Made by a program: the position numbers and the translations under genes. The notes under the pieces are model-generated. The model saw only the letters and a program-made list of their open reading frames with translations, was not told the DNA's origin and made no database searches. From assembly GCA_951812955.1 (NCBI GenBank), contig OX638340.1:2272001-2336000 (forward strand): DNA of 64,000 nucleotides, written 5' to 3'. Source of the stretch: an uncultured Gemmatimonadota bacterium. Its GTDB lineage: Bacteria > JAAXHH01. Of this stretch, positions 44,968-54,109 are shown piece by piece. Every line of letters begins with the position of its first letter. The first letter of the stretch is position 1.

Positions 44968-46539
44968 TTATTCCGTGTGCTGCTTTCCCGCGGCCAGCCG
45001 GTCGCGCACGATCGCGGCCACGAGCGCTGAGACGGTGGCCTGAGCGGGCACAATGTCCACGGACAGGCCTGCTTCCGCGGCGGTTTTGGCCGTGGCCGGA
45101 CCTATGCAGGCGATGCGGACGCCCCCGGCCAGCCGCTTAAGGCGATCCGGCCCCGCGGCCTTCGTAAACGCCGACACGGCCGACGAACTCGCGAATACGG
45201 CGAGATGGATCTTCCGGTCTTCCAGCATGGACGCGATGCCGTCCGGCAACCTCTCTTCCATGACCGTTCGATAGACCGTTATCCTCGTCACGGACGCACC
45301 GGCGCGGGCAAGTCCCTCCACGACGGCTGGCCCCGCGATATCCGCCGCGGGAAAGAGGATCCGTGCATCCAGCAGGTCGCGGTTTCCGGCCAGGGTTTCC
45401 ACCAGGTTTTCGGCCCGGAAGACATCGGGTTGGCAGTCCGCTTCAATCCCGCAGTTTCGCAGCGCGCCGGCCGTGGCCCGGCCTACCGCGGCGACGCGAA
45501 CTCCGCCCAGGGCCCTGGCGTCCAGGCCCTGTTCGACTAAACGCGAGAAAAACGCCTTCACGGCGTTACCGCTGGTGAAAACCACGTAATCGAATCCGGA
45601 AAGGTCGGACAGCGCGGCATCGGTTTCCGACCAGTCATCGGGCGCTTCGATCCGTATCAGCGGAGCTTCGACCGGCTCCGCGCCCTGCCGGACGAGAGAT
45701 TCCGACAGTTCGCCGGCCTGGTCGCGGGCGCGTGTTACCAGTGCTCGGACCCCGAAAAGCGGTTTCGATTCGAACCAATCGAGCTGCGAACGCAGCGAAA
45801 CGACTTCGCCCACGACGATCAGTACGGGCGGGGTGAAGGAAGCCGGACGGGACCTGGATACGATATCGTCCAAAGTGCCGACGAGGGTCCTTTGCTTCGG
45901 CGTCGTGCCCCACTGGATCAGCGCGATGGGCGTATCCTTCGGCCGCCCGTGTTCGATCAACCGTTCCACGATGAAGGGCAGGTTCCGCGCGCCCATGTAG
46001 AAGATCAGCGTGCCGATCCGTTTGGCGAAAGCCTCCCAGTCTAGATCCGTCCGGGACTTGTCCGGCGATTCGTGGCCGGTGACCACGGTCATCGTCGAGG
46101 TGATCTCACGATGGGTCACCGGTATGCCGGCGTAGGCCGGGACCGCGACGGCCGCCGTGACGCCGGGAACGACCTCGAATGGGATTCCGTGGCGTTGCAG
46201 GTGCAGTCCTTCTTCGCCTCCCCGGCCGAACACGAATGGGTCGCCGCCCTTCAACCGGACCACGGTCTTCCCGGCCTCGCTGTGACGCACCAGCAGGTTG
46301 TTGATCTCCTCCTGCCGTCCGGGACGCCAGGGAACGCGGATGCGCACGGCCTGTGAAGGCGCCTCCGCCACCAGCCGGTCATCGGCGAGGAAATCGGCAA
46401 CGACGACGTCGGCCCGGCGCACGCATTCCAGGCCCTTCACGGTAATCAGTCCGGGGTCGCCGGGACCCGCGCCCACCAGGTAAACGATTCCTGCGGACCG
46501 CGGGGTGGATACGCGCTTGGTCGGGGATTCGCCGTTCAT
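44968..46539 (-). CDS. cobA: fused uroporphyrinogen-III C-methyltransferase / uroporphyrinogen-III synthase
   Basis: 523 aa. N-terminal SUMT (...IVYLVGAGPGDPGLITVKGLECVRRADVVV...), C-terminal HemD-like half (...LFGVRALVTRARDQAGELSESL...). 4-nt overlap with the hemC stop. Confidence 0.9.
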   Translation of the reverse strand: MNGESPTKRVSTPRSAGIVYLVGAGPGDPGLITVKGLECVRRADVVVADFLADDRLVAEAPSQAVRIRVPWRPGRQEEINNLLVRHSEAGKTVVRLKGGDPFVFGRGGEEGLHLQRHGIPFEVVPGVTAAVAVPAYAGIPVTHREITSTMTVVTGHESPDKSRTDLDWEAFAKRIGTLIFYMGARNLPFIVERLIEHGRPKDTPIALIQWGTTPKQRTLVGTLDDIVSRSRPASFTPPVLIVVGEVVSLRSQLDWFESKPLFGVRALVTRARDQAGELSESLVRQGAEPVEAPLIRIEAPDDWSETDAALSDLSGFDYVVFTSGNAVKAFFSRLVEQGLDARALGGVRVAAVGRATAGALRNCGIEADCQPDVFRAENLVETLAGNRDLLDARILFPAADIAGPAVVEGLARAGASVTRITVYRTVMEERLPDGIASMLEDRKIHLAVFASSSAVSAFTKAAGPDRLKRLAGGVRIACIGPATAKTAAEAGLSVDIVPAQATVSALVAAIVRDRLAAGKQHTE

Positions 46540-47516
46540 TGGGATTCCGTGGTCCGCCTGGTCGGCCCGGACGACTTGGACTGCGTGTTACCTTCGGCCT
46601 GCTCGGCCTGCTCGGCTTGTTCGGCCCGTGCCATCACCGCTTCCGCCAGCCGGCGGCCCAGTTCCGGTCCTTCTTCCGGCAGTCCCCGCAGGCCGTGGCG
46701 CGCGATCCAGCTGCCGTCATCGGCGGCCAGCACGGCGTCCAGCTCCAGGCAATCGTCCCGGATTCTCCCCCAGGCGCCAACCGGGGTATGGCAACCGCCG
46801 CCTATACGATAGAGAAAAGACCGCTCCGCCATCACCGCCTGCCTGGCCGGGAGGTCCTCGATTCGCCTTGCCGCTTCCAAGGTGGGATGATCGTCCTTAC
46901 GGGTTTCAATCGCGAGCGCCGCCTGGCCGACGGCCGGCATGCAGACCTCCGGCGGCAATATCTCGGATATGCGGTCATTCCAGCCCAGTCGCTGCAATCC
47001 CGCCACGGCCAGCACGATGGCGTCCGGACCGTCCGGTTCTTCCAGTTTCTTCAACCTGGTGTCTATATTCCCTCGAATGCCCGAAAAGCGCAGATCCGGC
47101 CGGTAATGTTGAAGCTGCGAGCGCCGCCTCGGACTCCCCGTGGCGACCAGGGCGCCCGATGGGAGCTCGTCGAGTCTGGCGCTGTCGCGGCTGATCAGGG
47201 CGTCCCGCACGTCCACGCGCTCCGGCACCGCGGCGATCGCCAATCCATCGGGAAGGGACGTGGGCAGGTCCTTGAGACTGTGTACGGCCATGTCGATCTC
47301 TCCCGAGACCAGGGCCCGTTCCAGTTCCTTGACGAAGACGCCCTCGCCGCCGAAGGTGTCCAGGGAAGCGCTTCTGTCAGAATCGCCCTTCGTCTTGATG
47401 ACGCGCACCTGTACGGACAGGCCGCCCTGGCCCGCTTCCAGGTCCTTGGCCACCGAATGGGCCTGGACGAGGGCCAGCCTGCTGCCGCGGGTGCCTATGA
47501 TCAATGAAGAAGCCAT
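46536..47516 (-). CDS. hemC: hydroxymethylbilane synthase (porphobilinogen deaminase)
   Basis: 326 aa: MASSLIIGTRGSRLALVQA..., ...IKTKGD..., ...AVHSLKDLP..., ...GGCHTPVGA.... The C-terminal tail carries an (AEQ)3 repeat. Confidence 0.95.
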   Translation of the reverse strand: MASSLIIGTRGSRLALVQAHSVAKDLEAGQGGLSVQVRVIKTKGDSDRSASLDTFGGEGVFVKELERALVSGEIDMAVHSLKDLPTSLPDGLAIAAVPERVDVRDALISRDSARLDELPSGALVATGSPRRRSQLQHYRPDLRFSGIRGNIDTRLKKLEEPDGPDAIVLAVAGLQRLGWNDRISEILPPEVCMPAVGQAALAIETRKDDHPTLEAARRIEDLPARQAVMAERSFLYRIGGGCHTPVGAWGRIRDDCLELDAVLAADDGSWIARHGLRGLPEEGPELGRRLAEAVMARAEQAEQAEQAEGNTQSKSSGPTRRTTESQ

Positions 47517-47555
47517 GGGAAGGGATCGACGTCCCGGACGCCTGGACTCGCCGCG

Positions 47556-48854
47556 CTATTCGTTTCCGGCGCCGTTCTTTTCGTTCCCGTGTTCGTCGAG
47601 TCCGAAGAGGTGTCGCAGGCTGTAGAGGTGGTAGTCCTTGTGCTCCGGATCGGTAGTGTTTCTGAGCTGGACCGTCGGTTGATGCAGCAGCTTGTTTACG
47701 ATGGCGCGGGTCATCTTGTCCACGGTCTCGCGGTCCTCTTCGGAAAGATGACCGAGTTGCGCGAAGGCGCGGCCGACTTCCTGGTGCCGGACGTCGTCCG
47801 CGAAGTGGCGGAGTTGGGCAATGGTGGGCGTGATGGAGAGATTCTGGTACCATGCGAGTAGCCGTTCTACCTCTGTCTCGACAATCGCCTCCACCTTCTG
47901 CGCTTCCACCTTACGCGCCTCTGCGTTGTCGTCCACCACCGATTGCAGGTCGTCCATGTCGTAAAGGATCACATTATAGAGATCACGCACGCGGGGGTCG
48001 ATATCCCGTGGCGCGGCGATGTCGATCAGGAAAATGGGCCGGTTATGACGATCGTGCATGATGTCGATCATCCGGTCCCTTCCCAGCACCGGTTCGGTGG
48101 CGCCGGTGGAACTGATGACGATATCGACATCGGAGATCATCTGCAGTCCGTCGTGCAGGGAAACGGCGATCCCGTCGAAGCGGTGGGCCAGGTCGGCAGC
48201 CCGGTCGTAGGTCCTGTTGGCGACGATGAGCCGCTTCACGCCCTGGTCGACGAGGTACTCCGCGGTGCGTTCGCCGGTCTCTCCCGCCCCGATCAACATG
48301 GCCGTATGCTGCCGCAGATCCTTGAAGATCTTCCGGGCGAGTTCGACCGCCACGGAACTGACGGAAACCGAACCCGACCCGATCTCCGTTGTCTCCCGCA
48401 CCTGCTTGCCCACGGCCAGCGCCTTTTCAAACAACCGGTTGAGGACCAGTCCCGTGGTCTTCGTATTCAGCGACTGCATGTAGGCCTCTCTGACCTGGCC
48501 GAGGATCTGCTGTTCCCCGACGACCATCGAGTCCAGGCTGGAGACGACCCGGAACAGGTGCCGGATGACCGCCTCGTCCCTCCGGTGATAGAGGTAAGGA
48601 GACAGTACGCCTTTGTCCACGCCGTGGATCTCGTGAAACCACGCTTCGATCGGACCGGGATCGGTATGTTCCTCATCGGTGGTCGCGTACATTTCACTGC
48701 GGTTGCACGTGGAAAGCAGTACCGCTTCCAAAATGCCGGTCGAAGTCTTCACGAAGGAAAGGGCCTTATCCTGGAGCGACTTCGTCAGTACCGCCTGGTC
48801 GCGTACATCCACAGGCGCGGTATGGTGACTCAGTCCGACGAGTGTAAGATGCAT
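47556..48854 (-). CDS. hemA: glutamyl-tRNA reductase
   Basis: Start at MHLTLVGLSHHTAPVDVRD.... ...LSTCNRSEMY... and NAD-binding ...MLIGAGETGE.... The track ORF (530 aa) is over-extended at the N-terminus. Confidence 0.9.
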   Translation of the reverse strand: MHLTLVGLSHHTAPVDVRDQAVLTKSLQDKALSFVKTSTGILEAVLLSTCNRSEMYATTDEEHTDPGPIEAWFHEIHGVDKGVLSPYLYHRRDEAVIRHLFRVVSSLDSMVVGEQQILGQVREAYMQSLNTKTTGLVLNRLFEKALAVGKQVRETTEIGSGSVSVSSVAVELARKIFKDLRQHTAMLIGAGETGERTAEYLVDQGVKRLIVANRTYDRAADLAHRFDGIAVSLHDGLQMISDVDIVISSTGATEPVLGRDRMIDIMHDRHNRPIFLIDIAAPRDIDPRVRDLYNVILYDMDDLQSVVDDNAEARKVEAQKVEAIVETEVERLLAWYQNLSITPTIAQLRHFADDVRHQEVGRAFAQLGHLSEEDRETVDKMTRAIVNKLLHQPTVQLRNTTDPEHKDYHLYSLRHLFGLDEHGNEKNGAGNE

Positions 48855-49474
48855 GACTCCACCCTGTCGCGTGCTTCTTCCGCGCGTCCGGCGCGTATGA
48901 GATCGAGGAGGTCGGAATCTACCAGGGACGTCCACAACCTCGCGCGTGTTTCGATTTCGTCGGGGTGCCTGTCCTTCATCCGGGGACGGAACTCCCCCAG
49001 CAGGTCGAGCAGGACGGCGTACTCGGCCCCGAATGCCTCTTCCAGCTGCCCACGGATCTTCTTCGCCAGCGCGGGGCTCTTGCCCCCTGTGGATATGGCG
49101 ATGCACAGGTCGCCCTGTCGAACGATGGATGGCACGATGTACCTGCACAGTTCGGGCACGTCCACCACGTTGACCATGATGCCTTCCGTCTCGGCATCCA
49201 CGTAGACCCGCTCGTTGACTTCCGCGGAGTCGGTCGCGGAGATGACCAGCCTGAAATCCCGGACGTCGCCGGGTTCGTACCGCCTTGCGAGCCAGCGCAA
49301 TTCGCTATTGTCCGCCCGGTCACGCAGTTCCTCCGTCAGATCGGGGCTGATCACGGTTACAACCCCTCCGCATTCGAGCAACGATCCAGCCTTCTCAGCC
49401 GCGATCGCGCCGCCGCCTACCACCAGGCACGGCTGTCCTTCGATGTCAACGAAAGCGGGGTAGTATTTCTTCAT
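48830..49474 (-). CDS. precorrin-2 dehydrogenase / sirohydrochlorin ferrochelatase (SirC/CysG N-terminal domain type)
   Basis: MKKYYPAFVDIEGQPCLVVGGGAIAAEKAGSLLECGGVVTVISP.... Start at the ATG with a purine-rich SD; an alternative GTG lies at 49507. The 3' end overlaps the hemA start by 25 nt. Confidence 0.8.
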   Translation of the reverse strand: MKKYYPAFVDIEGQPCLVVGGGAIAAEKAGSLLECGGVVTVISPDLTEELRDRADNSELRWLARRYEPGDVRDFRLVISATDSAEVNERVYVDAETEGIMVNVVDVPELCRYIVPSIVRQGDLCIAISTGGKSPALAKKIRGQLEEAFGAEYAVLLDLLGEFRPRMKDRHPDEIETRARLWTSLVDSDLLDLIRAGRAEEARDRVESCILHSSD

Positions 49475-49537
49475 GGCCTTTCTTCCATCTTTCACCGGAT
49501 CGGTCACCGAAATCTCTCGCCGGCATCAGGCTTCGGA

Positions 49538-50359
49538 TCAGTCGAATATATGCAGGTTGGTCCATAGTCCGGCGCCGAGATAGGCCAGCAGCACGGACGC
49601 GAACCCGGCCATGGAAATGATGGCCGCCCTTTCGCCCTGCCAACCCGCGGTATAGCGCGTAATCAGCTGGGAAGTGTAGATAACCCAGGTCAGCATCACG
49701 CACAGTACTTTCGGATCCAGCAGCCAGGGCATTATCGAATCCCACGCGGCCGTCGCCCACCAGATCCCCGTTGCGATACCCGCGGACAGGAATACCCATC
49801 CGATGAGCGTTGCCTTCAGGTTCATCTCGTCCAGCATGCCCAGCGCGGGCAGCCGCGAAAACACCAGGCCCACGCGCCGGTGGTGGATGTAGTACATCTG
49901 CATGACGTACAACAGCCCGGTGATGAATGTGAAGGAAAACGCCGCGTATGCCAGGAAACTCGCCGTTACGTGGAAATTGAACCATGGGCTCTGGAGGAGT
50001 GGCGGCAACGGATCGACTGGACTCATGAACGCCGTGGAGGCTGTCTGCGCCGCCAGGATCAGGGGCAGGACGAACACCCCCAGCGACCGGTCGTGGAAAC
50101 GGCGCTCCAGGAACAGGTAGACCACGGCGATGAGCCATGCGAAGAAGCTCATCGACTCGTGAAGGCCGACGAAAGGCGCGTGGCTGGATTCGACGGCGCG
50201 GGCGATCAGAAAGGCGCTGTGGCAGGCCAGCGCCAGCACCAGGCACAGGCTGGCGTAGAACCCTGACCTGGGTTGCTTCGTCCAGAAATGGCGGAAGTAG
50301 ATCACCGTGGCGACCGCGTAACCCGCCAGAATCAATCCATGCAGAATATAGATGCCCAA
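49538..50359 (-). CDS. CcsA-family cytochrome c assembly-type membrane protein (HemX-like position next to hemA)
   Basis: 273 aa, ~8 TM segments, W-rich region ...GIATGIWWATAAWDSIMPWLLDPKV.... First gene of the co-directional hem cluster, as in the Bacillus hemAXCDBL layout. Confidence 0.75.
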   Translation of the reverse strand: MGIYILHGLILAGYAVATVIYFRHFWTKQPRSGFYASLCLVLALACHSAFLIARAVESSHAPFVGLHESMSFFAWLIAVVYLFLERRFHDRSLGVFVLPLILAAQTASTAFMSPVDPLPPLLQSPWFNFHVTASFLAYAAFSFTFITGLLYVMQMYYIHHRRVGLVFSRLPALGMLDEMNLKATLIGWVFLSAGIATGIWWATAAWDSIMPWLLDPKVLCVMLTWVIYTSQLITRYTAGWQGERAAIISMAGFASVLLAYLGAGLWTNLHIFD

Positions 50360-50507
50360 GGATGTAACCTCGAAGTGATACCGCCTCGATAATTCAGACC
50401 CGATAAGATACCGTAAAATACCGTCCTATCATGTATTTATCAAGTCGAAAGGGGTGCGGGCCGGGTCGCCTGGGTCGCACGCGCCTGGATCGCCTCGCTA
50501 GGGTCGC

Positions 50508-51425
50508 CTAGTCCACGTTTCTCATTTGTGCCAGTATATCCATGCCTACGCTTCGGCCCCACGCCTCCATGACCCGCGCGAACAGTGGGCCGGGCTTGCC
50601 GTCGCCGATGGGCGTGTTGTTGATGCGCGTACAAGGCGCGAGACAATACGGCGTACTCGTCAGCCACGCCTCGTCGGCATTGACGGCGTCGTATGGCTGA
50701 AGATCCTTCTCGACCCAGTCCAGCCCCAGGTCGGGCGCTAGTTCCCGCAGCGTGACCAGACTTACGCCTTCGAGGATGTTCCGGCTGGTGGGCGTATAGA
50801 TAGTATCATTTTCCACCACGACGAAGTTGGCCCCCGAGCACTCGGTGAGGTTGCCGTCCAGGTCGAGCAGCAGCGAGGTGGCGGAGGGGTCGACGGACTG
50901 CGTCTGCCGATCGGCCAGCCAGTAGTGCAGGCGCGAGCGGTTTTTCGTCTTGGGATCGACGCACTGGGGCGGTACGTGCCGGATGGAGGGTGTGACCACG
51001 TGGACGCCCTGCTCGAAGAAGGGGCGCCACACGGTGAAGGGCAGCGGAAAGGAGTGGATGCACAAGGTAGGCGAAAGGCGCACCGGCTTACCGGCGCTGC
51101 CCGCGTAGATCTGGTTTTCCCCGGGGGTTACGAAGTGGACGACGCCCAGGTCCTGCTCCGGGCCGATCAGCCTGCAGTTGGTCTCGATGAGGCTTCGTGT
51201 GCGTTCGACCAGGCCATCGTGGTCCGTATCCAGCTCGAAACCGGCGTATTTGCACGACCGCAGGAGCCGCCGCACATGCTCTTCCAGGCGAAACGGCGCA
51301 TGCCCGAAAGTGCGGGTCATTTCGGTCACGGTGGCCCCCAGGACAATCCCCAGGTCATAGATATTCAAATGGGCCTCGGAAGCTGGGACGAATCCATCGT
51401 TGAGATAGACGACCGGTTCATTCAT
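50508..51425 (-). CDS. class IV (fold type IV) aminotransferase, branched-chain/D-amino-acid aminotransferase family
   Basis: 305 aa: MNEPVVYLNDGFVPASEAHLNIYDLGIVLGATVTEMTRTF..., ...EGVSLVTLRELA.... Confidence 0.75.
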   Translation of the reverse strand: MNEPVVYLNDGFVPASEAHLNIYDLGIVLGATVTEMTRTFGHAPFRLEEHVRRLLRSCKYAGFELDTDHDGLVERTRSLIETNCRLIGPEQDLGVVHFVTPGENQIYAGSAGKPVRLSPTLCIHSFPLPFTVWRPFFEQGVHVVTPSIRHVPPQCVDPKTKNRSRLHYWLADRQTQSVDPSATSLLLDLDGNLTECSGANFVVVENDTIYTPTSRNILEGVSLVTLRELAPDLGLDWVEKDLQPYDAVNADEAWLTSTPYCLAPCTRINNTPIGDGKPGPLFARVMEAWGRSVGMDILAQMRNVD

Positions 51426-51490
51426 AACGCGTTTTTCTCCTGTCTATAAAACCGTAACTCATGGGTCTTCAGTGCAACGGGTCCACGCCG

Positions 51491-51542
51491 GATGGCGCCT
51501 TTCGTTCGCCGCGCCAGATGGCGCCTTTCGTTCGCCGCGCCC
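51491..51542. repeat. 26-bp tandem duplication
   Basis: gatggcgcctttcgttcgccgcgcc(a) at 51491 and 51517, in the divergent spacer between the aminotransferase gene and era. Confidence 0.9.
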
Positions 51543-51862
51543 CGTATTCACGTCGCATTCGAAATACAAACTACACCCTCGGCCGTGACAATTAAACAGC
51601 GAATGATAAAAACATCCGGTTCACGGTCGCGCGGGCAGCCGTAACAGGCCGTTCGCGGGCAGGCCTTCAGTGGCCTGTACACGGGAAGGCCGTAACTGCC
51701 CGTGACAGGCCGATACTGGCAATTATCGGGCATGTCCCACCTGTTCCCGTCGTGCGGCCAACAGTCTTTTCTCTTTTGTTAAATCATAGTATTACGTATA
51801 AAGAACGTTCCAGTCCTATCTTGACTCATCGTACGCCCCTGGCTGTCAAACGGCAGTTTCTC

Positions 51863-52792
51863 ATGGCACCCACTGAACATATGGAAAGCACGGACAGCGC
51901 CGGATCGCATCGCGCAGGCTTCGTCGCCCTGGTCGGGAAACCGAATGTGGGCAAGTCCACCCTGATGAACGCGTTCCTTCAGCACCGGCTTTCCATCGTC
52001 ACCCCCAGGCCCCAGACCACCCGTCAACGGGTGCTTGGCATTCTGACGAAGGATACCTGCCAGGTCCTGATCCTGGATACGCCCGGGTTGCTCGAACCCG
52101 GCTACCGGCTCCAGGAATACATGCTGCAGTCCGCGGTCCATACGCTGCACGACTCCGATGCGGCCGTGGCCATCGTCGACGCCACCCGTTTCGAACGCGA
52201 TCTCGACGACCGCGTCGTCGGGTTCCTCGAGCATAGCCGCGGACCGGTGATCCTGGCCATAAACAAAATCGACAGGGCATCCAGAACTTCCCTGCTTCCC
52301 ATGATCGACCGGGCCGCAGGCCGTTTCCCCTTTGCCGAGATCGTACCCGTGTCCGCCCTCAAGGGAGACGGTCTCGACCCTTTGCTCTCCGCCGTCATCC
52401 GCCTGCTCCCATCCGGGCCGGCACTGTATCCCGCCGACATGCTCACCGATCAACCGGAACGGTTCTTCGTGGGTGAAATCATCCGGGAGCACCTGTTTCT
52501 GGCCCTGCACGAGGAACTGCCCTACGCATCGGCCGTGATCGTGGAGGACTTCACGGACCGGCCCAACGGCACAGCCTTCATACAGGCGGGTATCATTATC
52601 GAGCGGACATCCCAGAAGGGCATCATCATCGGCAGGAACGGCCGCATGCTGAAGCGCATCGGCACGTCCGCGAGGAAGGCAATCGTCGAATTCCTCGACC
52701 GTCCCGTCTATCTCGACCTGCGGGTCAAGGTCAGGCCGTCCTGGCGTAAGAAAGAACAGGATCTGAAGCGTCTGGGCTACACCACGAGGTGA
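51863..52792 (+). CDS. era: GTPase Era
   Basis: Start at MAPTEHMESTD.... G1 GKPNVGKST, ...DTPG..., ...NKID..., and a C-terminal KH domain (...IIGRNGRMLKRIG...). Confidence 0.9.
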   Translation: MAPTEHMESTDSAGSHRAGFVALVGKPNVGKSTLMNAFLQHRLSIVTPRPQTTRQRVLGILTKDTCQVLILDTPGLLEPGYRLQEYMLQSAVHTLHDSDAAVAIVDATRFERDLDDRVVGFLEHSRGPVILAINKIDRASRTSLLPMIDRAAGRFPFAEIVPVSALKGDGLDPLLSAVIRLLPSGPALYPADMLTDQPERFFVGEIIREHLFLALHEELPYASAVIVEDFTDRPNGTAFIQAGIIIERTSQKGIIIGRNGRMLKRIGTSARKAIVEFLDRPVYLDLRVKVRPSWRKKEQDLKRLGYTTR

Positions 52793-52855
52793 GCGTCGCC
52801 GAGGCGAGCATCTGGGCTACACCGCGAGGTGAGTGTCGCCGAGGTGAGCGTCGCC
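52771..52855. repeat. 40-bp-period tandem duplication spanning the era stop codon (with 15-bp sub-repeat)
   Basis: tctgggctacaccacgaggTGAgcgtcgccgaggcgagca / tctgggctacaccgcgaggTGAgtgtcgccgaggtgagcgtcgcc. Confidence 0.9.
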
Positions 52856-52864
52856 GCAGGGACC

Positions 52865-53953
52865 TTAAACCGGTCCCCGCAGCGCTGTGCCTAGTCTCTT
52901 GCCGGCGAGCCCGGCGTACCGTTCCAGATCCTCCCACAACGCCTCCAGCGGCCGGAGTTCGTTCCAGGGCCGGACTGCCTGACGGTCGTATCCTTCGATC
53001 AGGGACAGGATCCGCACGCACCACTGCACGGGCAGGATGGCTTGGTATACGTCCATCTTCTCGAAGGCGTGGGGATCGGCGCTTTTTTCGCAGTAAACCG
53101 CGATCATCTCTTCCCGCAAACCAGACGCCAGCGCCGCGCTCTCCGGATGCCAGAAAAAACCGGCGATCTCGTAAAAAGGGTCCATGATCCCCGCGTGTTC
53201 CCAGTCTACCAGCCCGACGACGTCCCGTTCCGCCTTGATCACATTGGCCGGCCGTAAATCTCCATGACACAGGCGTGGCGGGGCATCTGCCCATAACGCG
53301 GGCTGCAGGTCCGCCATGGCCAGGCACCGCCTCAGGTCGAGCAACCTGTCCACGGTCCGGCAGAAAGACGGATCGTTCATGGCGGGCGATGCGGACATGG
53401 CGCGCATTGTCTCGTCCATATACGCGAGGCAGTCAGCGGGACGGGACGGCCCCGCCGGTGGGGCCAGTAAGGGATCTCCGGGATCCCTATGGCCATGCAC
53501 CGCGACCGCGATTCCGAGGAGCAGGGCCAGGTCCTCCCTGGTCATGCTTGCGGGTACCACCGCCGACCCCGGTAGTTTATCGTAGATCAGCACGGGGGCG
53601 TTCAGAACCGCTGCCAAGGAATCCGCAAAAACGGCATTCGGCACTTCTTCCAGGCTGGCAAGCCGGGTCAACGCCGCAAACTCCCGTTCGAGGCGCCGTG
53701 CGCGATCACCCGGATATACCTTAAGGAGAAAGATGCCTGCGGATGTATCTACTTCGTATATAAGGTTGTTGAATCCGCCGGCCAGAGACCGGACACGGCG
53801 TGGGCCCATGGCGAACCCGTGCCCTTCCTCGGCCAGCCGCCGGAGGTAGCGCGATACGGCCGCCAGGTCCGCGGACTCACCTTCACGGAGCGGCGGCGTT
53901 CCCCGATCGTCCCTGGATTCAGTCATCATCGAGCGATACATAGGACGATACAT
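52865..53953 (-). CDS. aminoglycoside/choline-kinase-like phosphotransferase family protein
   Basis: 362 aa. ...LCHGDLRPANVIKAERDVVGLVDWEHAG... (HGD catalytic loop plus DWE). Start uncertain (several Met codons between 53926 and 53953). Confidence 0.7.
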   Translation of the reverse strand: MYRPMYRSMMTESRDDRGTPPLREGESADLAAVSRYLRRLAEEGHGFAMGPRRVRSLAGGFNNLIYEVDTSAGIFLLKVYPGDRARRLEREFAALTRLASLEEVPNAVFADSLAAVLNAPVLIYDKLPGSAVVPASMTREDLALLLGIAVAVHGHRDPGDPLLAPPAGPSRPADCLAYMDETMRAMSASPAMNDPSFCRTVDRLLDLRRCLAMADLQPALWADAPPRLCHGDLRPANVIKAERDVVGLVDWEHAGIMDPFYEIAGFFWHPESAALASGLREEMIAVYCEKSADPHAFEKMDVYQAILPVQWCVRILSLIEGYDRQAVRPWNELRPLEALWEDLERYAGLAGKRLGTALRGPV

Positions 53954-54109
53954 GACCGGCTGTTCCCTCCTGGCCTTTTCCGATTGCCCGCGGGTCTGCC
54001 CGTTCGTATCTTCATTACTCGGAACCCATCATCCGGCGCACCCCGGAACACAGGTTTCCGAGTGTCCCGTTCCACGTCCGGCTCATCCCTTATACCGGTG
54101 TGATGCAAG

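Noticed and set aside
51548-51733. 61-aa Cys-containing small ORF in the aminotransferase-era spacer
   Set aside because: No ribosome-binding site and no recognisable family. It overlaps the hairpin and repeat cluster, so it was left uncalled.
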